A DNA stretch of 64,000 nucleotides from the NCBI GenBank assembly GCA_017451545.1, contig JAFTOB010000160.1:3751-67750 (forward strand). The letters run 5' to 3'. This document shows positions 1-7,604 of this stretch, one piece after another (within the stretch, counting starts at the first letter, position 1; every line of letters begins with the position of its first letter). The notes below the pieces were generated by a model. The model worked only from the letters and a program-made list of their open reading frames with translations. It did not search any database and was not told the origin of the DNA. The translations under genes and the position numbers were made by a program. The DNA comes from Clostridia bacterium. GTDB lineage: Bacteria > Bacillota > Clostridia > Oscillospirales > CAG-272.

Positions 1-286
1 CGCAATTCAGAAAAGGACGGGCAAATTTTTGAACCGTTCCCGCACCGTAAAAGACGCATTTAAGCGACGGAAAGCACGCTTTTATTTCTTCTTCGGTAAA
101 GCTCGGCATTCCCCAAGTCGAGAAAATAAATTCCACCTCCGAGAACAGGGGCGGCTCGGATAGAACTTCGGCCTTGGTATATACTTTCTTTTCGATATTC
201 GTAAAGGTCTGCAGCTCGCAAACCGTTTTTTCACCGTAAACCTTGAATATCTTATCGTCCTTTTCACAAAGAAATATTGCTCTCAT
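1..286 (-). CDS. 2-hydroxyacid dehydrogenase-like protein, 5' part only (gene runs off the window start)
   Basis: Absent from the ORF track because there is no stop in the window. The ATG at 286-284 overlaps the TGA of the upstream gene (ATGA). My translation is MRAIFLCEKDDKIFKVYGEKTVCELQTF...IFSTWGMPSFTEEEIKACFPSLKCVFYGAGTVQKFARPFLNC, which resembles N-termini of D-isomer 2-hydroxyacid dehydrogenase family proteins. Confidence 0.5.
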   Translation of the reverse strand, partial: MRAIFLCEKDDKIFKVYGEKTVCELQTFTNIEKKVYTKAEVLSEPPLFSEVEFIFSTWGMPSFTEEEIKACFPSLKCVFYGAGTVQKFARPFLNC

Positions 287-1044
287 ATGTTTTCTCCAAT
301 AATGTTTTTCAGCGCGGCGGCCTCGCCCGCAAGCTCCTCGAGCGTTCCGTTCGGCATAAATTCAAGCAAAAGCGTGCGAGGGGCAAAAAATGCCTTTATA
401 TATTCCCGCCACTCGCAGGCGGCATCGGCAAGCGGGAGCTTTCGGTCGCCCTTCCAATTGAACACGTGAACGCACTCGGCAAAGGGTGCGATCTTTTTTG
501 CGTTTTCAACATTCTGCTCGGCGCTCTGCCACTGAAAAGGCTGCCAATACATACGGAAATTCGGAGAATTTACCGTCTCCATAAGGTGCACCGCATCGTC
601 GGGATCCTCGGTAAAGGTTCCTCTGTGGCACTCCATACAAAGTGTCACGCCGTTATTTTCTGCGATATCAGCCGCCCTTCGGCAGACCTCGAAAAAACCG
701 TTTTTCTCTGCGTCGGTCATATCCTTGCCGCTTTTTCTTCCGCACCAGAGGCGGAGAATATCCGTGCCGAGCAGCTTTGCGGCTTGGATATAGTCCTCCA
801 GTTCTTCTGCGGGCGTTTCGCCCAAGCGGAAATACGTGCCGTACGACGAGCAGGCTATGCCGTATTCCGCTTGCAGTGCGGCGATCTCACGGAGTCTTTC
901 CGCGCCGCGGCAGGGCGCGTGGATATCACTTCCCCACTCAATGCAGGAAAGCCCCGCCGCCCGTGCCGCTTCTATTATCGTTCTTGGGTCGAGCTGTCGA
1001 AATGATACCGACACCAAGCCCGGATTATATTTGCTTTCTTTCAT
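283..1044 (-). CDS. sugar phosphate isomerase/epimerase (xylose-isomerase-like TIM barrel)
   Basis: The ORF is 283-1083. I prefer the start MKESKYNPGLVSVSFRQL at 1044, which follows AGGAG with a 7-nt spacer. The sequence pattern (IEWGSDIH, LRLWCG, CMECHRGT) is typical of this fold. Confidence 0.75.
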   Translation of the reverse strand: MKESKYNPGLVSVSFRQLDPRTIIEAARAAGLSCIEWGSDIHAPCRGAERLREIAALQAEYGIACSSYGTYFRLGETPAEELEDYIQAAKLLGTDILRLWCGRKSGKDMTDAEKNGFFEVCRRAADIAENNGVTLCMECHRGTFTEDPDDAVHLMETVNSPNFRMYWQPFQWQSAEQNVENAKKIAPFAECVHVFNWKGDRKLPLADAACEWREYIKAFFAPRTLLLEFMPNGTLEELAGEAAALKNIIGENI

Positions 1045-2833
1045 TGTCCATCTCCTGCTTCTTTCTTGCCAGCAGCTTTTCAAACCATAGCTCGGGCTCG
1101 GGCATTTTTGATACCTTTTCGATATGAGAGGCTGCTCCTTTTGTGAGGGTTCGTGTCTCTCGCTTTGCCACGCAGCTTACGGGCTTTCTGTCAACGAAGG
1201 CCGAGCCGTGTGTGCCGATCTCCTCGGCCGAGCAAAGCATTGCCGACAGAGTCGAGCGTTGGGTCAATATCATATCGTAAAGCCGGAAAAGCTCTGCTGT
1301 CTGAGATTTGTCCTCGATCAGAACGGTCTCAAAGAACTCATCGTACAGACGGTCTGCCTTTCCAAGCAAAGCTCTCATACCCTCGGTGCTTCTGTCAAAG
1401 TCGGCAACTCGGCTCATCTCGGTCTGAAGCTCGTTTCTCATCCTTGCAATATTTGACTTACCGTATCTTACGGCAGGTGGCGTATAGATAGGCTTGGATG
1501 ACGAGCGATCCTGCCTTTTTGCAATATGCTCGGCCGCGCGCAGACTGCCCACCTGGGTGGAATTGAGGGCACTGCCGCCGGGGCGGTAAACGCCGAAGGT
1601 GCCTGCCGCCTCGCCGGCAACGTAGAGCCCGTCAACGTCACTTTGCCAATTTCCGTCCACCGCAACGCCGCCGTTGCAGTGCTGTGCGCAAACGGCGATC
1701 TCCAGGGGCTCTTCGTACAGGTTGATCCCGTGGTCGGCGTAAAGCTCGACAGCTCCCCTGTTCATTTTCGCAAGTCGCTCGATTGGCGTGCCGAAGAGCG
1801 CCCCCGAATTTTTAAGATATTCGTATGCTTCGTCGGGGAGAAGGAGAACGTCGAAACCGTTTTCAAGCCCCCTCGGATTTTTGTTAAAGTCGAGATATAC
1901 TTTATTGCCCCGTTTGATCTGCTCGGCAACGAGAATATCGACCGCGGATGAGCCTTCTGTTTTTCTCGTGTCAAAGGGCCACTGATAGCCCTTGAGAAAA
2001 ATGAGACCCAGCGAATCCGCGCCCAGACTGTCGTACAGAAATTCCTTTTCGTTTCCGTCCCTGTCAACCGAAATATAGCGCGGAAGCACCTGCTGATAGG
2101 TGCCCGACAGATTCCAACGGAATTTTGTGCTGGCAATTCCGTACTGCCACTCCTCCATATTTGAAAGTGTAGCTCCCGCATCGATGGCAAGCCCCGTCGC
2201 CCCGTGCTGACTTTCGGGGTAGACCGTGTTTTTGTAGACGCAGGCAGGGCCGCCCGTGCAAAGCACGATGTTTTGGCAAGCGATGACCGAGCTCTCACCC
2301 GTTACCGTGTTCGCGCAGGCCACACCAGTGACCGAGTTGTCCTCGGTTATTATTTTTATAACCCGCTCAAAATCAATGATCTCAATGCCCTTGGCGATTA
2401 CCGAGCGTTCAAGCGCCTCGGTCATATATTTTGAGGTCAAAGGACCGCAGGAGGTGGCGCGGGTGCGTGGATCGTGGTCGGTCTTATACCCCGCGTATTC
2501 GCCAAATTCGTTGGTCGGGAACGGAACTCCAAGCTCAACGAGGCGCATAAAGCAACGGGTGGAATAGGCCGCCTCGCACAGCGCGTGCTCACCCATAACT
2601 CCGCCGCCCGAATAAAGCGTTTCCGCCATCTCGCGCACACTGTCTCCGTCGCCTCCGCAGAGCGACAGCTTATAATAGGTCTGCTTGTCGCTGCCCGTGT
2701 TCCGCGACGTACCCATAAAACGCCCCTCGGTGACAATGGCAATATCACGGACTCCGAGGTCATAGAGGCGGTCGGCGGCATTAAAGCCCGCGCACCCCGT
2801 GCCGATTATCAAGGTATGGTACTGCTTTTTCAT
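1025..2833 (-). CDS. FAD-dependent oxidoreductase, fumarate reductase/succinate dehydrogenase flavoprotein-like (603 aa)
   Basis: The ORF is 1025-2947. The start MKKQYHTLIIGTGCAGFNAA (GxGxxG dinucleotide fold) at 2833 forms an ATGA overlap with the SDR gene stop. Confidence 0.75.
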   Translation of the reverse strand: MKKQYHTLIIGTGCAGFNAADRLYDLGVRDIAIVTEGRFMGTSRNTGSDKQTYYKLSLCGGDGDSVREMAETLYSGGGVMGEHALCEAAYSTRCFMRLVELGVPFPTNEFGEYAGYKTDHDPRTRATSCGPLTSKYMTEALERSVIAKGIEIIDFERVIKIITEDNSVTGVACANTVTGESSVIACQNIVLCTGGPACVYKNTVYPESQHGATGLAIDAGATLSNMEEWQYGIASTKFRWNLSGTYQQVLPRYISVDRDGNEKEFLYDSLGADSLGLIFLKGYQWPFDTRKTEGSSAVDILVAEQIKRGNKVYLDFNKNPRGLENGFDVLLLPDEAYEYLKNSGALFGTPIERLAKMNRGAVELYADHGINLYEEPLEIAVCAQHCNGGVAVDGNWQSDVDGLYVAGEAAGTFGVYRPGGSALNSTQVGSLRAAEHIAKRQDRSSSKPIYTPPAVRYGKSNIARMRNELQTEMSRVADFDRSTEGMRALLGKADRLYDEFFETVLIEDKSQTAELFRLYDMILTQRSTLSAMLCSAEEIGTHGSAFVDRKPVSCVAKRETRTLTKGAASHIEKVSKMPEPELWFEKLLARKKQEMDNERKQI

Positions 2834-3561
2834 AGCTTCCTGATGTGCATTCCGCCGTCGAGTATCAAGGACTCGCCCGTCATATAGCCGAGCGTGCCGT
2901 CGCAAAGGGCGACAACGGCTTTTGCCACGTCCTCGGGCGTTCCCCATCTGCCGAGAGGCACAAGCCCACCTGCGATAAGATCATCGTACTTTTCTTTCAC
3001 CGCTGAGGTCATTCCTGTGGCGATGATACCGGGGCAGATCTCGTTTACCGTGATCCCCTCGGCGGCAAGTCTGTCGGCAAAGAGCTTGGTGATCATAGAA
3101 ACCCCCGCCTTTGAGATGCAATACTCTCCACGGCTCGTCGAGCTGGTGTACGCCGAGCAGGAGGAAATATTGACGATTGAACCGCCATTCCCTTGCTTGA
3201 CCATCCTGTTTGCCACCGCCTGTGTCAAAAAGAGAGTTCCCTTGGTGTTGATTCCCATAACGTAGTCGTAGCTCTCCTCGGTCATCTCTAAAATGTCGTT
3301 ACGCACACGCGGAGCAACACCCGCCACGTTGACGAGAACCGCGACATCTCCCTTTTCGACGGCGGCGCAGAACAGCTTTTCCCTGTCCTCGGCCGAGGAA
3401 ATATCCCCCGAAACGTAAGTAATATCGAGTCCGTCAAAATCCGAGAGGTCGGGATGCTCGCTCCGCCCCATTCCCACGACGGCATATCCCTTTTCGGCAA
3501 GCATAAGCGCGCTCGCCTTTCCGATGCCGCCCGCAATTCCGGTTACTATCGCAATTTTCAT
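2830..3561 (-). CDS. SDR family oxidoreductase
   Basis: N-terminus is MKIAIVTGIAGGIGKA (TGxxxGIG). SSxS...YxxxK is present (YCISKAG). There is an ATGA overlap with the upstream gene. Confidence 0.85.
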   Translation of the reverse strand: MKIAIVTGIAGGIGKASALMLAEKGYAVVGMGRSEHPDLSDFDGLDITYVSGDISSAEDREKLFCAAVEKGDVAVLVNVAGVAPRVRNDILEMTEESYDYVMGINTKGTLFLTQAVANRMVKQGNGGSIVNISSCSAYTSSTSRGEYCISKAGVSMITKLFADRLAAEGITVNEICPGIIATGMTSAVKEKYDDLIAGGLVPLGRWGTPEDVAKAVVALCDGTLGYMTGESLILDGGMHIRKL

Positions 3562-4754
3562 TTTTGTATCTCCTTATAAAGCTCTCTGTAATATTCGTTG
3601 AATACCGCGCAGCCCGAGACCCGTCCCGCGCGCATCAGCTCGGTGCACCTGGAGCAGGCGAGACAGCATTTTTTCGGGTCAAACGCGCCGCGCAGGTGAT
3701 CTCTGTAAAACTCGGGATATGCCAGCCACATTCTGCCGTAACCGACCAGATCACATACACCCTCGCAAAGCTGACGCTCCGATTGCTCGATCAGCTCGTC
3801 CCGATAATATGAAAGCCCCGAGCCGACCACCGTGAGCGTCGGGAATTTTTCTTTGATATGCTTTTCTATGTATTCAAAGCGCAGAAGCCCCTCCTCCGCC
3901 GTTTCGGGAGGCAGATAGCCACCCTTTCTGTACGGGCGGTTGACGTGGGGATTGTAATAGGGGTTGCCGACGGTCACGTTCAGCATTTGCAAGCCCGCGG
4001 CTACGAGCTTTTCAATAAGCATATCGGGCTCGGTGAGATCAAGCTCATTCCGTTCGTTCGTTCCGAAGCCGTAGGGCTTTCGGACCATATCCGAAACGCT
4101 GAGGCGGGTTGTCAAAAGAATATTATCGGGAATCGCATTTTTCACCGCGCAAACACAGTCAAGATACAGCCGCGTCCGATTTTCAAAGCTACCGCCGTAC
4201 CTTCCGCCGCGATCAAACGCCGACAAAAGCTCCTGAAAAAGATAGCCGTGGCAGGATTTTACGTCAACTCCGTCAAAGCCCGCCTCCACCGCAAGACGCG
4301 CGGACGACACGTATTTTTTGGGAAGCGTGTCGAGATACTCGTCGCTTACGATATTTTCATCTGTTAAGGGCCGTCTTTCTTCGTACAGGGGATTGCGGTA
4401 GGCGATCATCGGCAGAATGCTCTGCCGCCCCGAATGTGTGAGCTGTAAAATAAAGGTCGGAGATATTCCGCATTCTTCCTTTGCGATCCTTCGCATTTGG
4501 CTCAAAAGCGCCTTGAAATGCGGAAGGTTGTCCGCCGTCAGCATCATGTGCCGAGGATTCGTTCTTCCCTCGGGACAGACCGCGTTGGCCTCAAACCAAA
4601 CCGTTCCCGCGCCGCTTCTTGCCGCCTTTAAGTATTTTTCGACGGTCAACTCGCTCGGGCTGCCGTCCGTATTGCAGTCGCAGCCCTCCATCGGCTGCAG
4701 GACCGCGCGGTTGTCTATCTTCCGTTTTCCTATGTAAATTGAGCTTTCGATCAT
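3558..4754 (-). CDS. Old Yellow Enzyme family NADH:flavin oxidoreductase with a C-terminal Cys cluster
   Basis: Motifs seen: QLTHSGRQ, AGFDGVDVKSCHGYLFQELLS, YGGSFENRTRL, GYGRMWLAYPEF. The C-terminus carries CLACSRC-x11-C, resembling the 4Fe-4S motif of dienoyl-CoA-reductase-type enzymes. Confidence 0.8.
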   Translation of the reverse strand: MIESSIYIGKRKIDNRAVLQPMEGCDCNTDGSPSELTVEKYLKAARSGAGTVWFEANAVCPEGRTNPRHMMLTADNLPHFKALLSQMRRIAKEECGISPTFILQLTHSGRQSILPMIAYRNPLYEERRPLTDENIVSDEYLDTLPKKYVSSARLAVEAGFDGVDVKSCHGYLFQELLSAFDRGGRYGGSFENRTRLYLDCVCAVKNAIPDNILLTTRLSVSDMVRKPYGFGTNERNELDLTEPDMLIEKLVAAGLQMLNVTVGNPYYNPHVNRPYRKGGYLPPETAEEGLLRFEYIEKHIKEKFPTLTVVGSGLSYYRDELIEQSERQLCEGVCDLVGYGRMWLAYPEFYRDHLRGAFDPKKCCLACSRCTELMRAGRVSGCAVFNEYYRELYKEIQK

Positions 4755-4887
4755 CCGATAATATCCCTTTCCGTATCATATGCTTTGATTATATCATTAA
4801 ATAAAAGATATGTATATTATTATTTTTGCATTTAACATTGCTTTTCTTGCAAAAATATGGTATAATATACCCGAAGGCGGTGATTTT

Positions 4888-5637
4888 GTGACTTATGAAT
4901 TTAATACAAAGGATTTTGAAATCGAATATATTGAAAGCGAGACCGCGCATTCGGTTTTGTGGGAGCGCCATTGCCACGCGAAATACGAGATGATCGCGGT
5001 GGCCGAGGGCGATATTACCGTGACGCTTGAAGGGCAAAATTATCGCCTGCAGAAAAATCAGATCATCATTATTCCTCCGCTTCTCTATCATTCGGTCAGA
5101 GCAAACGGTGAGGGAAGCTATAAAAGAATTACGGCGCTGTTCTCTGCCGATGCGATCCCCTGCGTTTTGCGCGAGGATTTTGCAAAGCAGGAAAGAAACA
5201 CGGCCGTCCATACCTCCCGCATAGAAAAGATCAAAGAGATATGTCAAAAGGAAGATGCGGCGTTTTTCGCTCCGTTGCTTCAAAGTCTGATGACAGAGAT
5301 ATTTTACGATGCCTTCATGATGCCGCAGGATCGCACGAAAGCCGAGACCGACGAGTTTTTGCGAAAGACCTTTGAGTATATCGATATGCACCTGCACGAA
5401 AAGATCCTGCTTGACGATCTTGCCAGGTATACTGCGAGATCAAAGTCCTCCTTTTGCCATCTGTTTGAGTCGAAAATGAATATTTCACCAAAGCAGTATA
5501 TACTGCAAAAAAAGCTCGCTCTGGCGAGCAAGCTGATTGACGAGGGCGTACCCCACACCGCGGCGGCAATGCAGGTGGGATACGAAAATTACAGCAATTT
5601 CTACCGACTGTACCGCAAAAATGCCGAAAAGCTCTGA
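4888..5637 (+). CDS. AraC family transcriptional regulator (cupin sensor plus HTH)
   Basis: The ORF is 4810-5637. I prefer the GTG at 4888, which follows GAAGGCGG. The C-terminus (SPKQYILQKKLALASKLI...GYENYSNFYRLYRK) is a typical AraC HTH. An extended -10 TGGTATAAT lies near 4857-4867. Confidence 0.8.
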   Translation: MTYEFNTKDFEIEYIESETAHSVLWERHCHAKYEMIAVAEGDITVTLEGQNYRLQKNQIIIIPPLLYHSVRANGEGSYKRITALFSADAIPCVLREDFAKQERNTAVHTSRIEKIKEICQKEDAAFFAPLLQSLMTEIFYDAFMMPQDRTKAETDEFLRKTFEYIDMHLHEKILLDDLARYTARSKSSFCHLFESKMNISPKQYILQKKLALASKLIDEGVPHTAAAMQVGYENYSNFYRLYRKNAEKL

Positions 5638-5698
5638 TACCAAAAATTGTTTATTAAAAGTTTTTGCTTTTCTCTATAGAATTTTTGAGTACTATAAA

Positions 5699-5732
5699 GG
5701 AAACAAGCGCCCCTGCGGGGACGCTTGTTTCC
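5699..5732 (+). terminator. hairpin downstream of the AraC gene
   Basis: ggaaacaagcg-cccctgcgggga-cgcttgtttcc followed by ttatt. Confidence 0.5.
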
Positions 5733-5734
5733 TT

Positions 5735-5882
5735 ATTGCGAAAGCAGATACAGCCTGCGGCTGATAAGATACACGCTTCGCGTGATGATATACGCCTTGC
5801 GGCGATGATATGCCATTGCTTTCGCAATGGATAAAAAATCGACAGGTCGAAACCTGTCGATTTTTGGTGCGGGTAAAAGGAC
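5735..5882. repeat. 148-bp direct repeat, copy 1
   Basis: Matches 6018-6165 with one mismatch that I can see (gataagat versus gatgagat). It contains four mini-hairpins, a terminator-like hairpin at 5838-5861 and 18 nt of tRNA-Leu 3' end at 5865-5882. Confidence 0.9.
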
Positions 5883-5943
5883 ATTTGAACTGCAGCGGCT
5901 CGCGCTGCGGCAAGAATGGTTTGGCTTTGTTTTTTTATTATCA

Positions 5944-6111
5944 ATCACGGCGAAGCCGTGTATATCATCAAGACGGAGTCTTGCATATCATCAATTCCGA
6001 AGGAATTGCATATCATCATTGCGAAAGCAGATACAGCCTGCGGCTGATGAGATACACGCTTCGCGTGATGATATACGCCTTGCGGCGATGATATGCCATT
6101 GCTTTCGCAAT
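5944..6111. repeat. array of 8 mini-hairpins separated by a conserved octamer, in two inverted groups
   Basis: Plus-strand units are cacggcGAAgccgtg, caagacGGAgtcttg, caattccGAAggaattg and cattgcGAAAgcag, each followed by YATATCAT. Next come cagccTGCggctg, cacgcTTCgcgtg, cgccTTGCggcg and ccattgcTTTCgcaatgg, separated by ATGAKATR, which is the reverse complement of that spacer. Confidence 0.75.
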
Positions 6112-6165
6112 GGATAAAAAATCGACAGGTCGAAACCTGTCGATTTTTGGTGCGGGTAAAAGGAC
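6018..6165. repeat. 148-bp direct repeat, copy 2
   Basis: See copy 1. The offset between copies is 283 bp. Confidence 0.9.
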
Positions 6166-6201
6166 TTGAACCTTCACCGAGTTGCCCCGACTAGAACCTG
6201 A
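6148..6201 (-). other. 54-nt 3' fragment of tRNA-Leu(CAG) (att-like duplicate)
   Basis: tggtgcgggtaaaaggacttgaaccttcaccgagttgccccgactagaacctga is identical to 7062-7115 of the intact gene and then diverges. Confidence 0.85.
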
Positions 6202-6226
6202 TGGTAACGTATCCTCGGTGAAAAGT

Positions 6227-6907
6227 TTAACCTTTACCGTACATATAATATGGAGTGACTATTTCTCCTGTATATTTATCTATCCAATATTCCGTGTCAT
6301 AAGCATAATAGTTATCAACAATTTTTTGAATAACTATAACATAAATATGATCGGGAGCAGGCTCACTGACATCGAGTTCACCACGATAGGCATTTTTTCC
6401 ATTATCAAGATCCGCATCTTTGCAATGATTTTCGACAATTTCTATCGCTTCCTCTACTGAAATACATTTATTCCCCGCTTCGCACGCAGGCGTTGTGATC
6501 TCCCCCGTAAAAGCATTGATCAATATCCGATCCATCGTTTGAACGTCGTAAGGCGTCGTGCCATCATCCCCATCTCTACCACCGTTTGATCTCCATTCAA
6601 TCAAAAAATCCGCTGTATAATACTCCACGTCGGAACACGGCATATCGGTCAACACGATCTTTGCGTTCCAGATTGTTCCTGCACCGTAATCTTTGCTACC
6701 ATCCTGACAGTCCCAATATGTGTTTGCCAAACTCCAAGCCTGCTCTTCCGTTACGGGATAGCAATTTGTCGACTTTAAGACATCACTTTCGTTGTTTTCC
6801 GTATCGCTATTCGTATGAGGCAATTCATTACCGTCATTTTGCACGGTGCAGGAGATCAGCGAAAGCATCATAATTAAGCAAAGCAAAATTGCAATATATT
6901 TCTTCAT
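6227..6907 (-). CDS. lipoprotein with PepSY-like C-terminal segment
   Basis: Signal peptide and lipobox: MKKYIAILLCLIMMLSLISC. The C-terminus YWIDKYTGEIVTPYY is PepSY-like. The gene is visibly more AT-rich than its surroundings. Confidence 0.75.
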   Translation of the reverse strand: MKKYIAILLCLIMMLSLISCTVQNDGNELPHTNSDTENNESDVLKSTNCYPVTEEQAWSLANTYWDCQDGSKDYGAGTIWNAKIVLTDMPCSDVEYYTADFLIEWRSNGGRDGDDGTTPYDVQTMDRILINAFTGEITTPACEAGNKCISVEEAIEIVENHCKDADLDNGKNAYRGELDVSEPAPDHIYVIVIQKIVDNYYAYDTEYWIDKYTGEIVTPYYMYGKG

Positions 6908-6938
6908 TTAAACCTCCGAATTTTTAGTCTGTAAGGTC

Positions 6939-6967
6939 AGTATAACATACCGAAAAAGGCGTGTCAA
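6939..6967 (-). promoter_or_regulatory. sigma-A-type promoter of the lipoprotein gene
   Basis: Minus strand reads TTGACA-17 nt-TATACT. Confidence 0.55.
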
Positions 6968-7036
6968 TAAGGTGGGGAAAAGTTTTTTTATTTGGCACTT
7001 TTTGAGTTCAAAGTGGTGGAAAAACCTAAAAAAACA

Positions 7037-7060
7037 AAAAGGAGCAAAAGCTCCTTTTTG
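7037..7060 (-). terminator. terminator after tRNA-Leu(CAG)
   Basis: ggagc-aaaa-gctcc flanked by A and T runs. Confidence 0.6.
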
Positions 7061-7061
7061 T

Positions 7062-7148
7062 TGGTGCGGGTAAAAGGACTTGAACCTTCACCGAGTTGCC
7101 CCGACTAGAACCTGAATCTAGCGCGTCTGCCAATTCCGCCATACCCGC
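7062..7148 (-). tRNA. tRNA-Leu(CAG), 87 nt, type II
   Basis: The reverse complement is GCGGGTATGGCGGAATTGGCAGACGCGCTAGATTCAGGTTCTAGTCGGGGCAACTCGGTGAAGGTTCAAGTCCTTTTACCCGCACCA. It shows an acceptor stem, an anticodon loop TTCAGGT, a variable arm CGGG-GCAA-CTCG, a T loop TTCAAGT and an encoded CCA. Confidence 0.93.
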
Positions 7149-7287
7149 GAACGAAGTGAAGCGAGTATGGCGGAATTTCAACTTCCGATGCTTCGCATCG
7201 GAACGTTGTCGCCATCACCCGCATCTGAAACGCGATCTCTCACGTCTCTATATAAAGCAATGCTTGATCAGGGCCATTGCTTATTTT

Positions 7288-7320
7288 CAAAAACAAAGCA
7301 GCCGCTTTTGCGACTGCTTT
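7288..7320 (-). terminator. terminator after tRNA-Leu(GAG)
   Basis: Minus strand reads aaagcagtcgc-aaaa-gcggctgcttt followed by gttttt. It contains a U.G pair that is valid only on the minus strand. Confidence 0.6.
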
Positions 7321-7324
7321 GCTT

Positions 7325-7409
7325 TGGTGCGGGAAACGGGACTTGAACCCGTACGGTGAAATCCACACGCCCCTCAAACGTGCGCGTCTGCCAGTTCCGC
7401 CACTCCCGC
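7325..7409 (-). tRNA. tRNA-Leu(GAG), 85 nt
   Basis: The reverse complement is GCGGGAGTGGCGGAACTGGCAGACGCGCACGTTTGAGGGGCGTGTGGATTTCACCGTACGGGTTCAAGTCCCGTTTCCCGCACCA. The anticodon loop is TTGAGGG. Confidence 0.92.
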
Positions 7410-7440
7410 GTGAGCCGCTGCATTTGTTTGCAACGGTGAT

Positions 7441-7469
7441 ATTATACACCAACCCGACTTAAATGTCAA
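7441..7469 (-). promoter_or_regulatory. consensus promoter for the tRNA-Leu genes
   Basis: Minus strand reads TTGACA-17 nt-TATAAT, about 32 nt upstream of the tRNA 5' end. Confidence 0.7.
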
Positions 7470-7604
7470 GCCCTTTTTTGAAATTTTTTCAAAAAAATTT
7501 TCGATTCGGGAAACCGCCCATAATATCGGTCAAATCCTGCCCTTTCTTTGGCAAAATGCCCAATACGTATGTCATAATTCCCTGCTCTTATCTGTATATG
7601 CCCT

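Noticed and set aside
82-267. A 61-aa ORF from the track (MKRTIRYSRFTVKKRF...), very basic.
   Set aside because: It lies in the wrong frame of a real gene. A different minus-strand frame, starting at the ATG at 286 with an ATGA overlap on the upstream stop, gives a conserved-looking dehydrogenase N-terminus that runs off the window.
5944-6111. Possibility that the periodic hairpin array is a small CRISPR array.
   Set aside because: The period is only 21-25 nt. The constant part is an 8-nt spacer while the palindromic part varies, which is the opposite of CRISPR architecture. No cas genes or leader are present.
5654-6117. Several 70-96-aa ORFs on both strands across the repeat region, plus ORFs 7096-7462 overlapping the tRNA genes.
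   Set aside because: They run through tRNA fragments, terminator hairpins and the duplicated 148-bp block. None has a ribosome-binding site. The sequence is explained by repeats and tRNA genes.
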